A stretch of DNA of 64,000 nucleotides from an uncultured Rickettsiales bacterium (lineage in GTDB: Bacteria; Myxococcota_A; UBA796; UBA9615; CAYRNR01): NCBI GenBank assembly GCA_964436045.1, contig CAYTBN010000021.1, forward strand, positions 7,642 through 71,641, written 5' to 3'. The notes under the pieces are model-generated. The model searched no databases. It had not been told where the DNA came from and saw nothing but the letters and a program-made list of their open reading frames with translations. Positions 1 through 8,884 of this stretch are shown here, piece after piece. Each line of letters starts with the position of its first letter. The first letter of the stretch is position 1. The position numbers were made by a program, and so were the translations under genes.

Positions 1-1
1 G

Positions 2-328
2 ACCGCCCAGATCCTGGTGCACGACCGCTACTACCGGCTGGAGGGGGATCTGAACGCGCCGGTCCTCATCTTCGTCAATGCCGTCACCGACGGCGGGCCC
101 AAGCGTTTTGTCGAGGGGTTGTTCGAGCCGGGTCTGGTCCACGGGGAGGGCTGCTGGGGGACCGAATCCTCCTACGACTACGTCGTCCTCCCGGTGGTGG
201 AGGAGCACCGTCACTCGATGCGCGAAGACCCCTTCCTGTCCTGCCTTTCACTGCAGCGGCTGGCGGTGGTGGACCTGCGCTCGTTCCACGGCGAATCCGG
301 CGAGGTCTCGCTGTACAGGGTGCAATGA
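2..328 (+). CDS. 3' end of a gene that starts upstream of the window (partial); hypothetical protein
   Basis: Frame is open from base 2 and stops at TGA 326-328. GC3 is high and composition is non-Arg-rich (…VLIFVNAVTDGGPKRFVEGLFEPG…). No recognisable family. Confidence 0.4.
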   Translation, partial: TAQILVHDRYYRLEGDLNAPVLIFVNAVTDGGPKRFVEGLFEPGLVHGEGCWGTESSYDYVVLPVVEEHRHSMREDPFLSCLSLQRLAVVDLRSFHGESGEVSLYRVQ

Positions 329-446
329 CGGCCGCCGGGGTGTCTTGCTAACAGCGGGGGCGAGTGGAAGACTGACGGCACGCTCCGTCCGCCAGGCAGC
401 GGCCGGAGCGGGGAGGACTCCTGTGGTGACACGGAACGACGCGTGG

Positions 447-1250
447 ATGAGGTACGCGCTGGTGCTGGTGCTGGTGCTGGTGCTGGCGCTGGCGCTGGGA
501 TTGTCCATGACCGCCTGCACCCGGGGCGAGGACGGCGGCGGCCCCGGTGGCCCCGGCGGCCCCGGCGAGGGCGGTGATGGCGGCGGCGAGGGCGGCGCGC
601 CGCCCTCGGGTGGGGGCGGAGAGTTCGCCGCACCGACCTTGCAGGCGCCCGAGGGTACCCAGTGCACGCTGGTCCCGGGCATGGAGAAACCGCCGGGTTG
701 GGGAGTGGGCGAGCCGGTGATGGTCGCCGGGACCTTCAGCCAGCCCGATGGCCTCGACATCGACGTGGGTATGATGCTGCTGGAGGTGGTGCCGGCGGGC
801 TCCACCGGGGAGACCATCTATCACTTCATCTGCGGTGACCGGACCACCTTCGAGGTGGCCTTGCCCGCGGACATGGGCCAGGTCGCCCTGGTCGCGTTCC
901 TGGACGTCAGCGGGGACGGCCCGGTGGGTGACGACCCCCGCGGCCGCCACCTGGGCATGCTCAATATCCAGGGCGCAGGCGTCGACGGGGTCGAGATCGC
1001 CCTGTCGGTGGGTGCCGAACTGGGGGACATGGCGGTGGCGTTCCCGGACGAGCCGCCGGACGCCGGCGTCGCGCCGGAGATGCCGCCCCAGCCCAGCGGA
1101 GACAGATCCCCGCCCGACGATCACGTCGATGAGCCGGAGGGCACGCCCGGGGGCGGTCCGGCCGGCGAACCGCCCCCGGGGGATCCGCCCCCTCCCGCGG
1201 ACGCGCCCTCCGCGGCTGCCCCCGCCGCCGACGTGACCCCGACTCCCTGA
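447..1250 (+). CDS. Gly/Pro-rich putative lipoprotein (267 aa)
   Basis: ATG at 447 begins MRYALVLVLVLVLALALGLSMTAC, a signal peptide with a Cys lipobox, followed by a GGPGGPGGPGEGG linker and a Pro-rich C-terminus. GC3 is high. The six-frame ORF extends upstream with R-rich junk. Confidence 0.55.
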   Translation: MRYALVLVLVLVLALALGLSMTACTRGEDGGGPGGPGGPGEGGDGGGEGGAPPSGGGGEFAAPTLQAPEGTQCTLVPGMEKPPGWGVGEPVMVAGTFSQPDGLDIDVGMMLLEVVPAGSTGETIYHFICGDRTTFEVALPADMGQVALVAFLDVSGDGPVGDDPRGRHLGMLNIQGAGVDGVEIALSVGAELGDMAVAFPDEPPDAGVAPEMPPQPSGDRSPPDDHVDEPEGTPGGGPAGEPPPGDPPPPADAPSAAAPAADVTPTP

Positions 1251-1256
1251 GTCTGC

Positions 1257-3020
1257 TCACCGTCCGCGCGGGATCAGCGCGAACAGCTCGTGATCCCCGC
1301 TCACGTCCACCGCCGTCGCCCCTGCGGCGAACAGCGCCGCGCGCGCTCGACCCGCCTCGTCTTCCGACGCGTGGTCCAGGTGTAAAACGACCCAGCTCGC
1401 CCCGTCCGTCCGCCAGCGATCGACGGCGTTGGCAGCCACGTCCGTGCTCCCGACACCGTCGTGGACGAACCGGACCAGCGGGTCTCCCTCGAAGCGTCCG
1501 GGGTTGATGGCATAGGGGACCGCACGTTGGTGACTGGACTGGTACCAGACGTACCTTCCACCGCCGATGCGTGGGTTGGCGGCGTGGGCCGGCAGATCCA
1601 GCACGATCTGGTCCGGAGCGCGGACCTGCCCATCATGGACCACAAGCTCCTCGTAGACGGGAGGGACGCGGGTGTCGGCCACCTCCAGCGGCAGCGCGCC
1701 CCGGCCGGCGACGGCGACCTCGGCGAAGATCAGCAGGCTGATGCCCGCCGCTGCCACCCCACGCCAGCGGCCGGGGATCCGCGCCGCGATCAGTTCGGCG
1801 GCGCCGATGCCGAGCAGCAGCTGGGCCAGCAGCACCAGCTGCCAGATGTGGATCCGATGGACGAAGGGCACCGCCCGGGCCAGCCACAGCGTCGGGTGGG
1901 CGATCCAGTATCCCGGATCGCCGGCGTGGACGCGGATGACCGGGCCCAGGGAGATCAGCAGCAGCAAGAACCCCACCGCGCCGAGTGCGCGCGCCCGGCG
2001 GGACCGGCCGGCGATCACGCCGGCGAGGGCGAGGATCAGCAGCAGGAAGCCGGGATAGGGGAATCGGTACAGGAAGTCTGCGTCCCGGCTGGCGCAGGCC
2101 TCGAGGCCGGCGGGCGAGAAGAAGCACTCCAGCGGCAGGGTCTCCATCTTGCCGGCCAGCTCCTGGGGGTCGCGGGTGGATGGCCAGGTCGACAGCGAGT
2201 CCGGGGCGCCGCCAAACCCGGCCCCGCCCCGGGACTCCTCGGACACGCAGCGCGAGGTGAGCCCGCCGGAGACGGCGAAGGCCAGCAGCGTGACCAGGCC
2301 AACCGCCGCCCAGCGCGCCGCAGCCCGACCCCGGGAAGGGCCGGCGGCGGAACCGCTCGCCAGGGCCAGGTCGAGGGGAACCACCAACGCGAGGGCCAAT
2401 CCGAGGAACACGCTGTAGGCCGGGCTGGCCAGCGCCAGGATCGCCATCACCGCGCCCAGGAGCGCGAGGGGGCGCCAGCCGCCTCCATCGCGGACCCGCA
2501 GGGCCAGGACCAGACCGAGGGCCGGAAGTGCCAGGTGAAGGCGTTCGTGGACCCCCGACGCGATCGGGTGGAACAGCACGTAACACGAGAACGCATACGC
2601 ACAGCCCGCCGCGAACGCCGCCTGGCGGTCGCCCGTGACCCGCCGCGCCAGCAGGTTGGCCGCCGCGGCCCCGGCGATCAGCTGGCCGGCGACGACCAGG
2701 TGCACTGCCAGCGGGATCGACAGCGCCGCGACCGGCAACACGGCCAGGTTGTTGACCAGATCGGCATCGAACAGACAGGCTCCGTCCGGGGCGTTCAGCC
2801 ACGGAATGCGATAGCAGCCGACCATTCCATCGGTCAGACCGTCGCGCACCAGCCAGTGGTGCCAGAGGTGTTTGTAGATGTCCGAGTCCGGGTGACCGGT
2901 GACCAGGCGCAGGGGGTGGCGCAGCGCCGGTCCGATCAGCGCCAACGCGAGCGCGGCGTATCCGGCCAGTGCCGGAATCCAGCCGCCCTTCGCGCTCTCC
3001 CCCGGCGCCCGCTCCGCCAC
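1257..3020 (-). CDS. polytopic integral membrane protein (587 aa), possibly a GT-C-like glycosyltransferase or membrane-remodelling protein
   Basis: GTG start at 3018-3020 (MAERAPG…). More than 10 predicted hydrophobic helices, followed by a ~150 aa soluble C-terminal domain. No specific family is recognisable by eye. Confidence 0.7.
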   Translation of the reverse strand: MAERAPGESAKGGWIPALAGYAALALALIGPALRHPLRLVTGHPDSDIYKHLWHHWLVRDGLTDGMVGCYRIPWLNAPDGACLFDADLVNNLAVLPVAALSIPLAVHLVVAGQLIAGAAAANLLARRVTGDRQAAFAAGCAYAFSCYVLFHPIASGVHERLHLALPALGLVLALRVRDGGGWRPLALLGAVMAILALASPAYSVFLGLALALVVPLDLALASGSAAGPSRGRAAARWAAVGLVTLLAFAVSGGLTSRCVSEESRGGAGFGGAPDSLSTWPSTRDPQELAGKMETLPLECFFSPAGLEACASRDADFLYRFPYPGFLLLILALAGVIAGRSRRARALGAVGFLLLLISLGPVIRVHAGDPGYWIAHPTLWLARAVPFVHRIHIWQLVLLAQLLLGIGAAELIAARIPGRWRGVAAAGISLLIFAEVAVAGRGALPLEVADTRVPPVYEELVVHDGQVRAPDQIVLDLPAHAANPRIGGGRYVWYQSSHQRAVPYAINPGRFEGDPLVRFVHDGVGSTDVAANAVDRWRTDGASWVVLHLDHASEDEAGRARAALFAAGATAVDVSGDHELFALIPRGR

Positions 3021-3048
3021 TCAGCCTCCCGGTTCAGGTGGCCCGCAG

Positions 3049-5832
3049 CTACCCGCGGCGGCGGAGGACGGCAAGCCAGAGACCGAGCAAGGTGGCCATC
3101 AGCGCAGTCGGAGTCACGCCGGCCGACCTCGTGGTGTCGTTGCGGCAGTTGCAATCTTCGTCCTGAAGGGCGGAACTGTCGTCGTCCCCGATATCGTCGT
3201 CGTCTCCGGTGGCGTCATCGTCCCCGGTCGCGTCGTCGTCCCCGGCAGAGTCGTCATCGCCAGTCGTGTCGTCGTCGCCGGTGTCGTCGTCGCCCCCGGC
3301 ACAGTCCTCGTCGTCCTCGTCCACCAGACCGTCGCAGTCGTTGTCGAGCCCGTCGTTGCAGTTCAGCTCGTTGATGCACTCGATGACCTCGTCGCAGTCG
3401 GAGTCGCAACAGTCGACGAGGCCATCGCCGTCGTCGTCGATCTCGTTGATGCAGTCCTCCACCAGGCAGTCGTCGTCCTCCGCGTCGGTGGCACCGTCGC
3501 AGTCGTTGTCCAGGCCGTCGATGCAGTCCAACTCCTCGGCGCAATACGGGTGGTCGACGCAGTCCCCGTCGCAGCAATCGGCCAGCCCGTCCCCGTCGTT
3601 GTCGGCGCCGTCGTCACAGATCTCTCCGCTGCAGTCGGGGTGGCCCTCACAGTCCAGGTCGTCGCAGTCCACGTCGCCGTCCCCATCATCGTCGACGCCG
3701 TTGACACAGTCCTCGCCCACGCAGCTCGGATCGCCAGTGCAGTCCGGATCGTCACAATCGAAGAGTCCGTCGCCGTCGTCGTCCAGCCCGTTGGCGCAGT
3801 CCTCGCCACCACACACGGGGTCGAGGAAGCAGTCCGGATCCGCGCAGTCGACGTCGCCGTCGCCGTCGTCGTCCACGCCGTTGTCGCAGGCTTCGACGCC
3901 GCCGCAACCGGGGAACAGCGAGCAGTCCGTGTCGTCGCAGTCGATCAGCCCGTCGCCGTCATCGTCGAAGCCGTTGTCGCAGACCTCGCCGACGGCGCAG
4001 TCGGGGTGCAGGACACAGTCGCCATCGTCGCAGTCGATCAGCCCGTCGCCGTCGTCGTCCACGCCGTTGTCGCAGATCTCGTTGTCACAGTTCGGCTCGT
4101 TGAAGCACGCCGGGTCGTCGCAATCGGCCAGGCCGTTGCCGTCGTCGTCCAGCCCGTTGAAGCAGTCCTCGAAGACGCAGGCCGGATCGGCGACGCACTC
4201 CGGATCTCCGCAGTCGATCCAGCCGTCGCCGTCGTCGTCGACGCCGTTGTCGCAGACCTCGCCACCGGAGCAGATCGGATCCGCGGAGCAGTCGGGGTCG
4301 TCGCAGTCGATCAGCCCGTCGGCGTCGTCGTCGAAGCCGTTGCCGCAGTGCTCGGCACCGCCAGCGCAGGCCGGGAAGATGTCGCAATCGTCGTCGTCAC
4401 AATCGACCAGTCCGTCGCCGTCGTCGTCCACGGCGTTGTCGCAGGTCTCGCCCGCGAGGCAGTTGGGGTCGAAGAAGCAGTCGAAGTCGTCGCAGTCGGC
4501 CAGTGCGTCGCCGTCGTCGTCCATCCCGTTGTCGCAGACCTCCCCGCCGCCGCCACAGTTCGGATCGCCGCCGCAGTCCAGGTCGTCGCAGTCGACCAGG
4601 CCGTCGCCGTCGTCGTCGGTGCCGTTGTCGCAGACCTCGTTGCCCGTGGCGCAGGCGGGATCGATCACACACTCGATGTCGTCACAGTCCACGTCCTGGT
4701 CGCCGTCGTCGTCCACGCCGTTGTCGCAGATCTCGCCGCCGGCACAGATCGGGTCCACTCCGCACTCGATGTCGTCGCAGTCGATCGCGCCGTCGCCATC
4801 GTCGTCTACCCCGTTGTCGCAGATCTCGCCGCCGATGCAGTCCGGTTCGAGCACGCAGTCCGGATCGTCGCAGTCGGCGGCCCCGTCGCCGTCGTCGTCC
4901 GCGCCGTTGAAGCAGTCCTCCGAGCCGCCGGTGCAGGCGGGGTGGATCAGGCAGTCCGAGTCGTCGCAGTCGAGGAACCCATCGCCGTCGTCGTCGACAC
5001 CGTTGTCGCAGATCTCACCCAGTACACAGGCCGGATCGCCGAAGCAGTCCGGATCCTGGCAGTCCTCCTGGCCGTCCTGGTCGTCGTCGACGCCGTTGTC
5101 ACAGATCTCGCCTCCGCCCACGCAGGCGGGGTCGGTGCTGCAGTCCAGGTCTTCACAGTCCGTCAGCCCGTCCAGATCCTCGTCGGTGCCGTCGTTGCAG
5201 TCCGTTTCGTGTGCCGCCGGATCGCAGATGATCTGCAGGTCGTCGAATGCCAATCCCTGATCCGGGACCGGGTACTCGTCGGCCTCGGCGAAGTACAGCC
5301 ACAGGGACGTTTCTCCGGGGTTGGCGAAGGTATCCACCAGCGGGAGCAGCGTGTCCTCGGGCTCGTCGACCAGATCGGCGAGCAGGTCGAAGGTCGTACC
5401 GTCGAAGGAGTACCCCAGGCAGTCACCGTCGGGGGGCACGTCCGGCGCCCAGCTGGCGACACACAGGTCGCTGTCGTCCCCGAGGTCCATGAACCAGCCG
5501 CTGATCCCGATCGTGGTGCAGCCGGTGACGTCGATCTCGATGGACTGGACGCCCGTTGCCTGATCGCAACCGGCGCCGTCGTTCGACGCCAGGTTCAGCG
5601 AGGAGCCGAACAGCCCGACCTCGGAGAAGTCGACCTCGGAGCACAACGGATTGGTGCCACCGGGCCAGTGGAGCCAGCCACTGGGCATCTGACCGCCGTT
5701 GAAGTTCTGTTCCATGATCACGGTCTGGGCTCCGGCGACCGGGGTCCAGAGCCACAGGCCAGCAAAGAGCAGGGCGACAACAGCCGACGGCAGCGTACGC
5801 ATGGAATCCTCCATCTTGTCGGATGGCCGCAA
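3049..5832 (-). CDS. secreted giant Cys/Asp-rich tandem-repeat protein (about 20 thrombospondin-type-3-like / MopE-like repeats) with a MYXO-CTERM sorting signal
   Basis: N-terminal signal peptide (…LLFAGLWLWTPVAGAQT). A ~27-28 aa unit C-DNGxDDDGDGxxDCxDxDCxxxPxC repeats across ~600 aa. A (DDDxTG)n tract follows, and the C-terminus is …CNCRNDTTRSAGVTPTALMATLLGLWLAVLRRRG (Cys motif + TM helix + Arg tail = MYXO-CTERM pattern). Confidence 0.85.
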   Translation of the reverse strand: MRPSDKMEDSMRTLPSAVVALLFAGLWLWTPVAGAQTVIMEQNFNGGQMPSGWLHWPGGTNPLCSEVDFSEVGLFGSSLNLASNDGAGCDQATGVQSIEIDVTGCTTIGISGWFMDLGDDSDLCVASWAPDVPPDGDCLGYSFDGTTFDLLADLVDEPEDTLLPLVDTFANPGETSLWLYFAEADEYPVPDQGLAFDDLQIICDPAAHETDCNDGTDEDLDGLTDCEDLDCSTDPACVGGGEICDNGVDDDQDGQEDCQDPDCFGDPACVLGEICDNGVDDDGDGFLDCDDSDCLIHPACTGGSEDCFNGADDDGDGAADCDDPDCVLEPDCIGGEICDNGVDDDGDGAIDCDDIECGVDPICAGGEICDNGVDDDGDQDVDCDDIECVIDPACATGNEVCDNGTDDDGDGLVDCDDLDCGGDPNCGGGGEVCDNGMDDDGDALADCDDFDCFFDPNCLAGETCDNAVDDDGDGLVDCDDDDCDIFPACAGGAEHCGNGFDDDADGLIDCDDPDCSADPICSGGEVCDNGVDDDGDGWIDCGDPECVADPACVFEDCFNGLDDDGNGLADCDDPACFNEPNCDNEICDNGVDDDGDGLIDCDDGDCVLHPDCAVGEVCDNGFDDDGDGLIDCDDTDCSLFPGCGGVEACDNGVDDDGDGDVDCADPDCFLDPVCGGEDCANGLDDDGDGLFDCDDPDCTGDPSCVGEDCVNGVDDDGDGDVDCDDLDCEGHPDCSGEICDDGADNDGDGLADCCDGDCVDHPYCAEELDCIDGLDNDCDGATDAEDDDCLVEDCINEIDDDGDGLVDCCDSDCDEVIECINELNCNDGLDNDCDGLVDEDDEDCAGGDDDTGDDDTTGDDDSAGDDDATGDDDATGDDDDIGDDDSSALQDEDCNCRNDTTRSAGVTPTALMATLLGLWLAVLRRRG

Positions 5833-5877
5833 GGATACCAGCCAGCGGGCGCTCCGAGGGCGCGGGTCACGCCGGGA

Positions 5878-7245
5878 TCAGAGGATGATCGTACGGAGCA
5901 GGGCCTGGTGGGTCGCACGATCGACGAGTGACTGGGCCATCTCGAGGGTCCCGAAGCCGGCGCGTACCTCGGGGAGGTCGCGCCCCAGGTCCCGGACCAG
6001 CGCGAACATGTTGCGCATCACGGCCTCGGGGCTCGCGCCGGTGCGGAGCAGGTGTTTCATGTCCCGCCGCAGGGGGTGGTGCTGGCAGTGTTCGTGGACG
6101 AACCGGGCCAGGATCGCGGTGGACTGGCGGATCCGTTCGTCCAACTCCTCCCCGCGCGCTGGGGCGCGCTGGCGCCGGGGGGCGGTCGCGGGTTCGGGAG
6201 CGATGGAGGCGCGTCGAGACTTCTTGGGCTTCTTGTTCAGCCAGTCGTCTCCGGAGACGGGCTCGCCGAATAGGTCGGTGGAGGCCGGAGAGGTACCCAC
6301 GTCCACCGGGACGGACTGGAGCGACGCGACCGGGGCGACCTCCAGCGCGTCGAAGACACTCCGCGGCGCCGCTCCGCCCGGGGTGGCGAGATCCGCCCGT
6401 CCGCCCGTCACCACCTCACCGAGGGCGGTCGCTCCGCTGGCGATCGGTCCGCCCAGGGTGACCGGGCCACCGGCCAGCGGGCCGCAGAGGGTGGCCGGTC
6501 CGCTGGAAACGGGCCCGCTCAGATCGGCCGGTCCGTTCGAAACGGGCCCGCCCAGATCGACCGGTCCGCTGGGCAGAGGTCCCCCACCGTCGGTGGGGCC
6601 ACCACGCTGGATTTCGCCGAGTTCGGCGGTTTCGCCCGCCGCCGGATCATCCAGGTGGGCTGGCCCGGCGGCCACGGGATCGGCGGGCCGGACCGGGACC
6701 TCGACTGCTGCCTCGGGAACCGGCTCGAGGATGACCTCGCGGGCCGACTCGGGGAGGGTCTGCGCCGCCACGTCCGGGCTGGCCTCGATCGCCACGGTGT
6801 CCGCCGAACCGTCCGCGGATACAACGATCCCGACCACCGAGAACTGGGCAGGGAGCCAGGGGGCTCGCGCCAGCGTCTGGACCGCCCGGGCGACGGTCCT
6901 GTCGGCGGTCTTGGCCAGGCGGGGGAAGGGGATGTCGTTGCCCCAGCCGCCACGCCGGGGGTCCGCCCCCCAGCGGCACGCCCGCTCCGACAGGCCCTCG
7001 ACGCCGAGCCGGTAGGCCGGATCGGCCTCGTGGCCGAGGACCACGATCTGCTGGACACCGGTCAGACCTGCCATCGCCGCCAGGGTGCGCCCGAGGGAGT
7101 CTTCCAGATCCGGGATCGAGGCCCCGGGGGTGGTGAGCACGGCGGTGCGACGGGGCTCCAGTCCGGCGGCTCGCAGGCAGACCCAGGCGAACCCCGGACT
7201 GGAGGTGGTGATCACCACCGCGAACTGGGAAGTCGAGTCGGTCAT
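5878..7245 (-). CDS. hypothetical protein (455 aa) with an internal Gly-Pro nonapeptide repeat
   Basis: ATG at 7243-7245 lies 3 nt after the flotillin stop. The central region is GGPLPSGPVDLGGPVSNGPADLSGPVSSGPATLCGPLAGGPVTLGGPIASG (about six 9-aa GPxxLxGPV units, visible as ~27-nt DNA repeats at 6400-6560). Composition is good and there is no family hit. Confidence 0.7.
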   Translation of the reverse strand: MTDSTSQFAVVITTSSPGFAWVCLRAAGLEPRRTAVLTTPGASIPDLEDSLGRTLAAMAGLTGVQQIVVLGHEADPAYRLGVEGLSERACRWGADPRRGGWGNDIPFPRLAKTADRTVARAVQTLARAPWLPAQFSVVGIVVSADGSADTVAIEASPDVAAQTLPESAREVILEPVPEAAVEVPVRPADPVAAGPAHLDDPAAGETAELGEIQRGGPTDGGGPLPSGPVDLGGPVSNGPADLSGPVSSGPATLCGPLAGGPVTLGGPIASGATALGEVVTGGRADLATPGGAAPRSVFDALEVAPVASLQSVPVDVGTSPASTDLFGEPVSGDDWLNKKPKKSRRASIAPEPATAPRRQRAPARGEELDERIRQSTAILARFVHEHCQHHPLRRDMKHLLRTGASPEAVMRNMFALVRDLGRDLPEVRAGFGTLEMAQSLVDRATHQALLRTIIL

Positions 7246-7476
7246 CGATCAGGACCGGGCGCTGGGCGCGTCGTCGTCCTCGCCGGTGACCTCGATGGTC
7301 TCGCCCTGGAGGCGCTGCGCCACCTTGTTCAGCATGCTGGATAGATCGAGCCCCGTCAGCGACTCGACCACCGGTGGCACCTGGGCCACGATGTCGGTCA
7401 CGTCCTGGGTGACCTTGCTGGCACTGGCCCCGCCCGCACCGCCGCCACCGACGATGGTGATGCGGTCGGTCTTCTA

Positions 7477-8382
7477 CAGCGGAGCCGACACGGCCTCGGC
7501 CATCTTGGGCAGGGCGTCGACCACCATCTGGATCAGCGCCGCCTCGCCGTACTGGTGCCAGGCCACGGCTCTCTTGTTCATCGCCTCGGCTTCGGAGAGT
7601 CCCTGGGCCTTGGTCGCGTCGGCCTGGGCCAGCCCCTTGGCGCGGATCGCCTCGCCGTCCGCCATTCCGTGGGCCTTGACCGCCTCGGCTTCTGCGATTC
7701 CCGTGGCTTCGATCACCGACGCCTCGGCGATGCCTCGCTGACGTTCGGCTTCGGCGCGGCCCCGGGCCTCGGCCTCGAGGCGGAAGCGCTCGGCCTCGGC
7801 CTCGGTCTGGATCTGGTATCGCTTCGCGTCCGACGGCTTGTGCACGGTCGCCTCGAGCTCCTTCTCGCGGCGCAGGATCTCCTGTTCCTGGACCAGAACC
7901 CGCTGCTGCTTCTCCACCACCTCGACCTGGACCTCTTCCTTCTTCACCTGCTGCTCTTTCTTGTGCTTGGAGAGGTCGTAGGCCAGGTCGGCATCGGCGC
8001 GCTTCTCGTTGACCGACGCGTTGTAGTCGGCACGTTTCATCTCGTAGTCGCGGGCCGACTCGGCGATCTTGGTCTCGGCGCCGTAGCGGTTGGTCTCACC
8101 CGCCTGGCGCGCGTTGGCGCCTCGGATGGTGGCGTCCCGCTCGGCCTCGGCCTTGGCGATGTCGGCGTCACGCTTGGCCTCGGCGCGGGCGATCTCGGCG
8201 TCGCGCAGCACCATGGCGGTGCGCGGCTTGCCCAGGGCGTCCAGGTAGCCGTGGTTGTCGCGGATGTCCTTGATGGTGAACGAGACGATCTGCAGGCCCA
8301 TGTTGGCCAGGTCGCTGGCCGCCACATCCTGGACGCGGTTGGAGAAGGCGTCCCGGTTCTTGTAGATGTCCTCGACGGTCAT
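7477..8382 (-). CDS. flotillin-like (SPFH/band-7 C-terminal half + flotillin coiled-coil) protein, N-terminally truncated; terminated by an in-frame TAG at 7474-7476 with conserved flotillin C-terminus continuing to 7252
   Basis: Sequence from MTVEDIYKNRDAFSNRVQDVAASDLANMGLQIVSFTIKDI… onward matches the YqiK/FloT mid-SPFH and EA-rich coiled-coil region. ATG at 8380-8382 overlaps the upstream gene stop (ATGA). After TAG the same frame encodes KTDRITIVGGGGAGGASASKVTQDVTDIVAQVPPVVESLTGLDLSSMLNKV…, the typical flotillin tail, ending at TGA 7249-7251. Confidence 0.7.
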
Positions 8383-8798
8383 GGTGCCGAGGATGGCGCG
8401 CAGGCGAGGGGCGTTTCGCGCTGCAGGCATTCGGAGTCGCAGCGCCGCGATCGGGCTCCGTCCTCCGTCCCGCCGGATTCGCCGCTGGCCGCGAGCAGGT
8501 GTGGGCGTTCGCGCAGGGAGGTACAACGCTGCTGTACCGGGTCGCGGTCGAGTTCGGAACAGAACAGAGCGGCATCGAGTTCGGTGCCGTGCTGGAGGAA
8601 GAGGGCTTCGACGGCGGCCAGCTGCTCCACCTCGTTGGCCATGCCGTTGACCGTGCGTGCAGCCTCCTCGGCTTCCATCCCGGCAGTCTCGGCCAGCCGC
8701 GCGCTGACGTCGTCGCCCGCCGGGCGGCAACCGGCCGTCACGGAGAACGACAACAGCATCGACAGGGTGACGAGGTGGCCGGGGGGACTCAGGGTCAC
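8382..8798 (-). CDS. small putative lipoprotein (139 aa), Cys-containing, hypothetical
   Basis: GTG at 8796-8798 is preceded by GGAGGG. Signal and lipobox are LVTLSMLLSFSVTAGC. GC3 is high. Stop TGA 8379-8381 overlaps the flotillin-like ATG. Confidence 0.55.
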
Positions 8799-8884
8799 GC
8801 GCGACCCTCCGCTCGATCCCTCTCATGTCACGACGTTCGTGACCCCCTGTGACGGCAGACGATCCGTCCGCCCGCAGTATAGCG

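Noticed and set aside
211-1260. Several long overlapping ORFs (211-633, 248-817, 348-1124, 835-1236, 961-1260) rich in Arg/Pro/Gly
   Set aside because: They are antisense or off-frame reading of a 70% GC sequence. Their composition is RRPRRR-type, they have no sensible start context, and they overlap a better-supported lipoprotein frame.
3181-3320. GAC-rich 15-nt tandem repeats, with similar tracts at 49256-49410, 50419-50560, 54069-54240 and 59250-59460, that superficially resemble a CRISPR array or microsatellite
   Set aside because: They are in-frame coding repeats for (DDDxTG)n acidic tracts inside lipoprotein genes. There is no repeat-spacer architecture and no cas genes.
1461-3374. 637-aa ORF on + strand (very Arg/Gln/Asp-rich)
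   Set aside because: It lies antisense to the well-supported 587-aa membrane protein gene. Its composition is extremely R-rich and low-complexity, typical of a shadow ORF.
3209-5260. 683-aa Ser/Pro/Gln-rich ORF on + strand
   Set aside because: It is another shadow frame of the same repeat gene and is entirely low-complexity SSPS.
2899-5931. 1010-aa ORF on + strand full of VVAV/VVVD repeats
   Set aside because: It is the antisense frame of the Cys/Asp repeat gene. GAC/GTC repeats read as Val in reverse. There are no signal or domain features.
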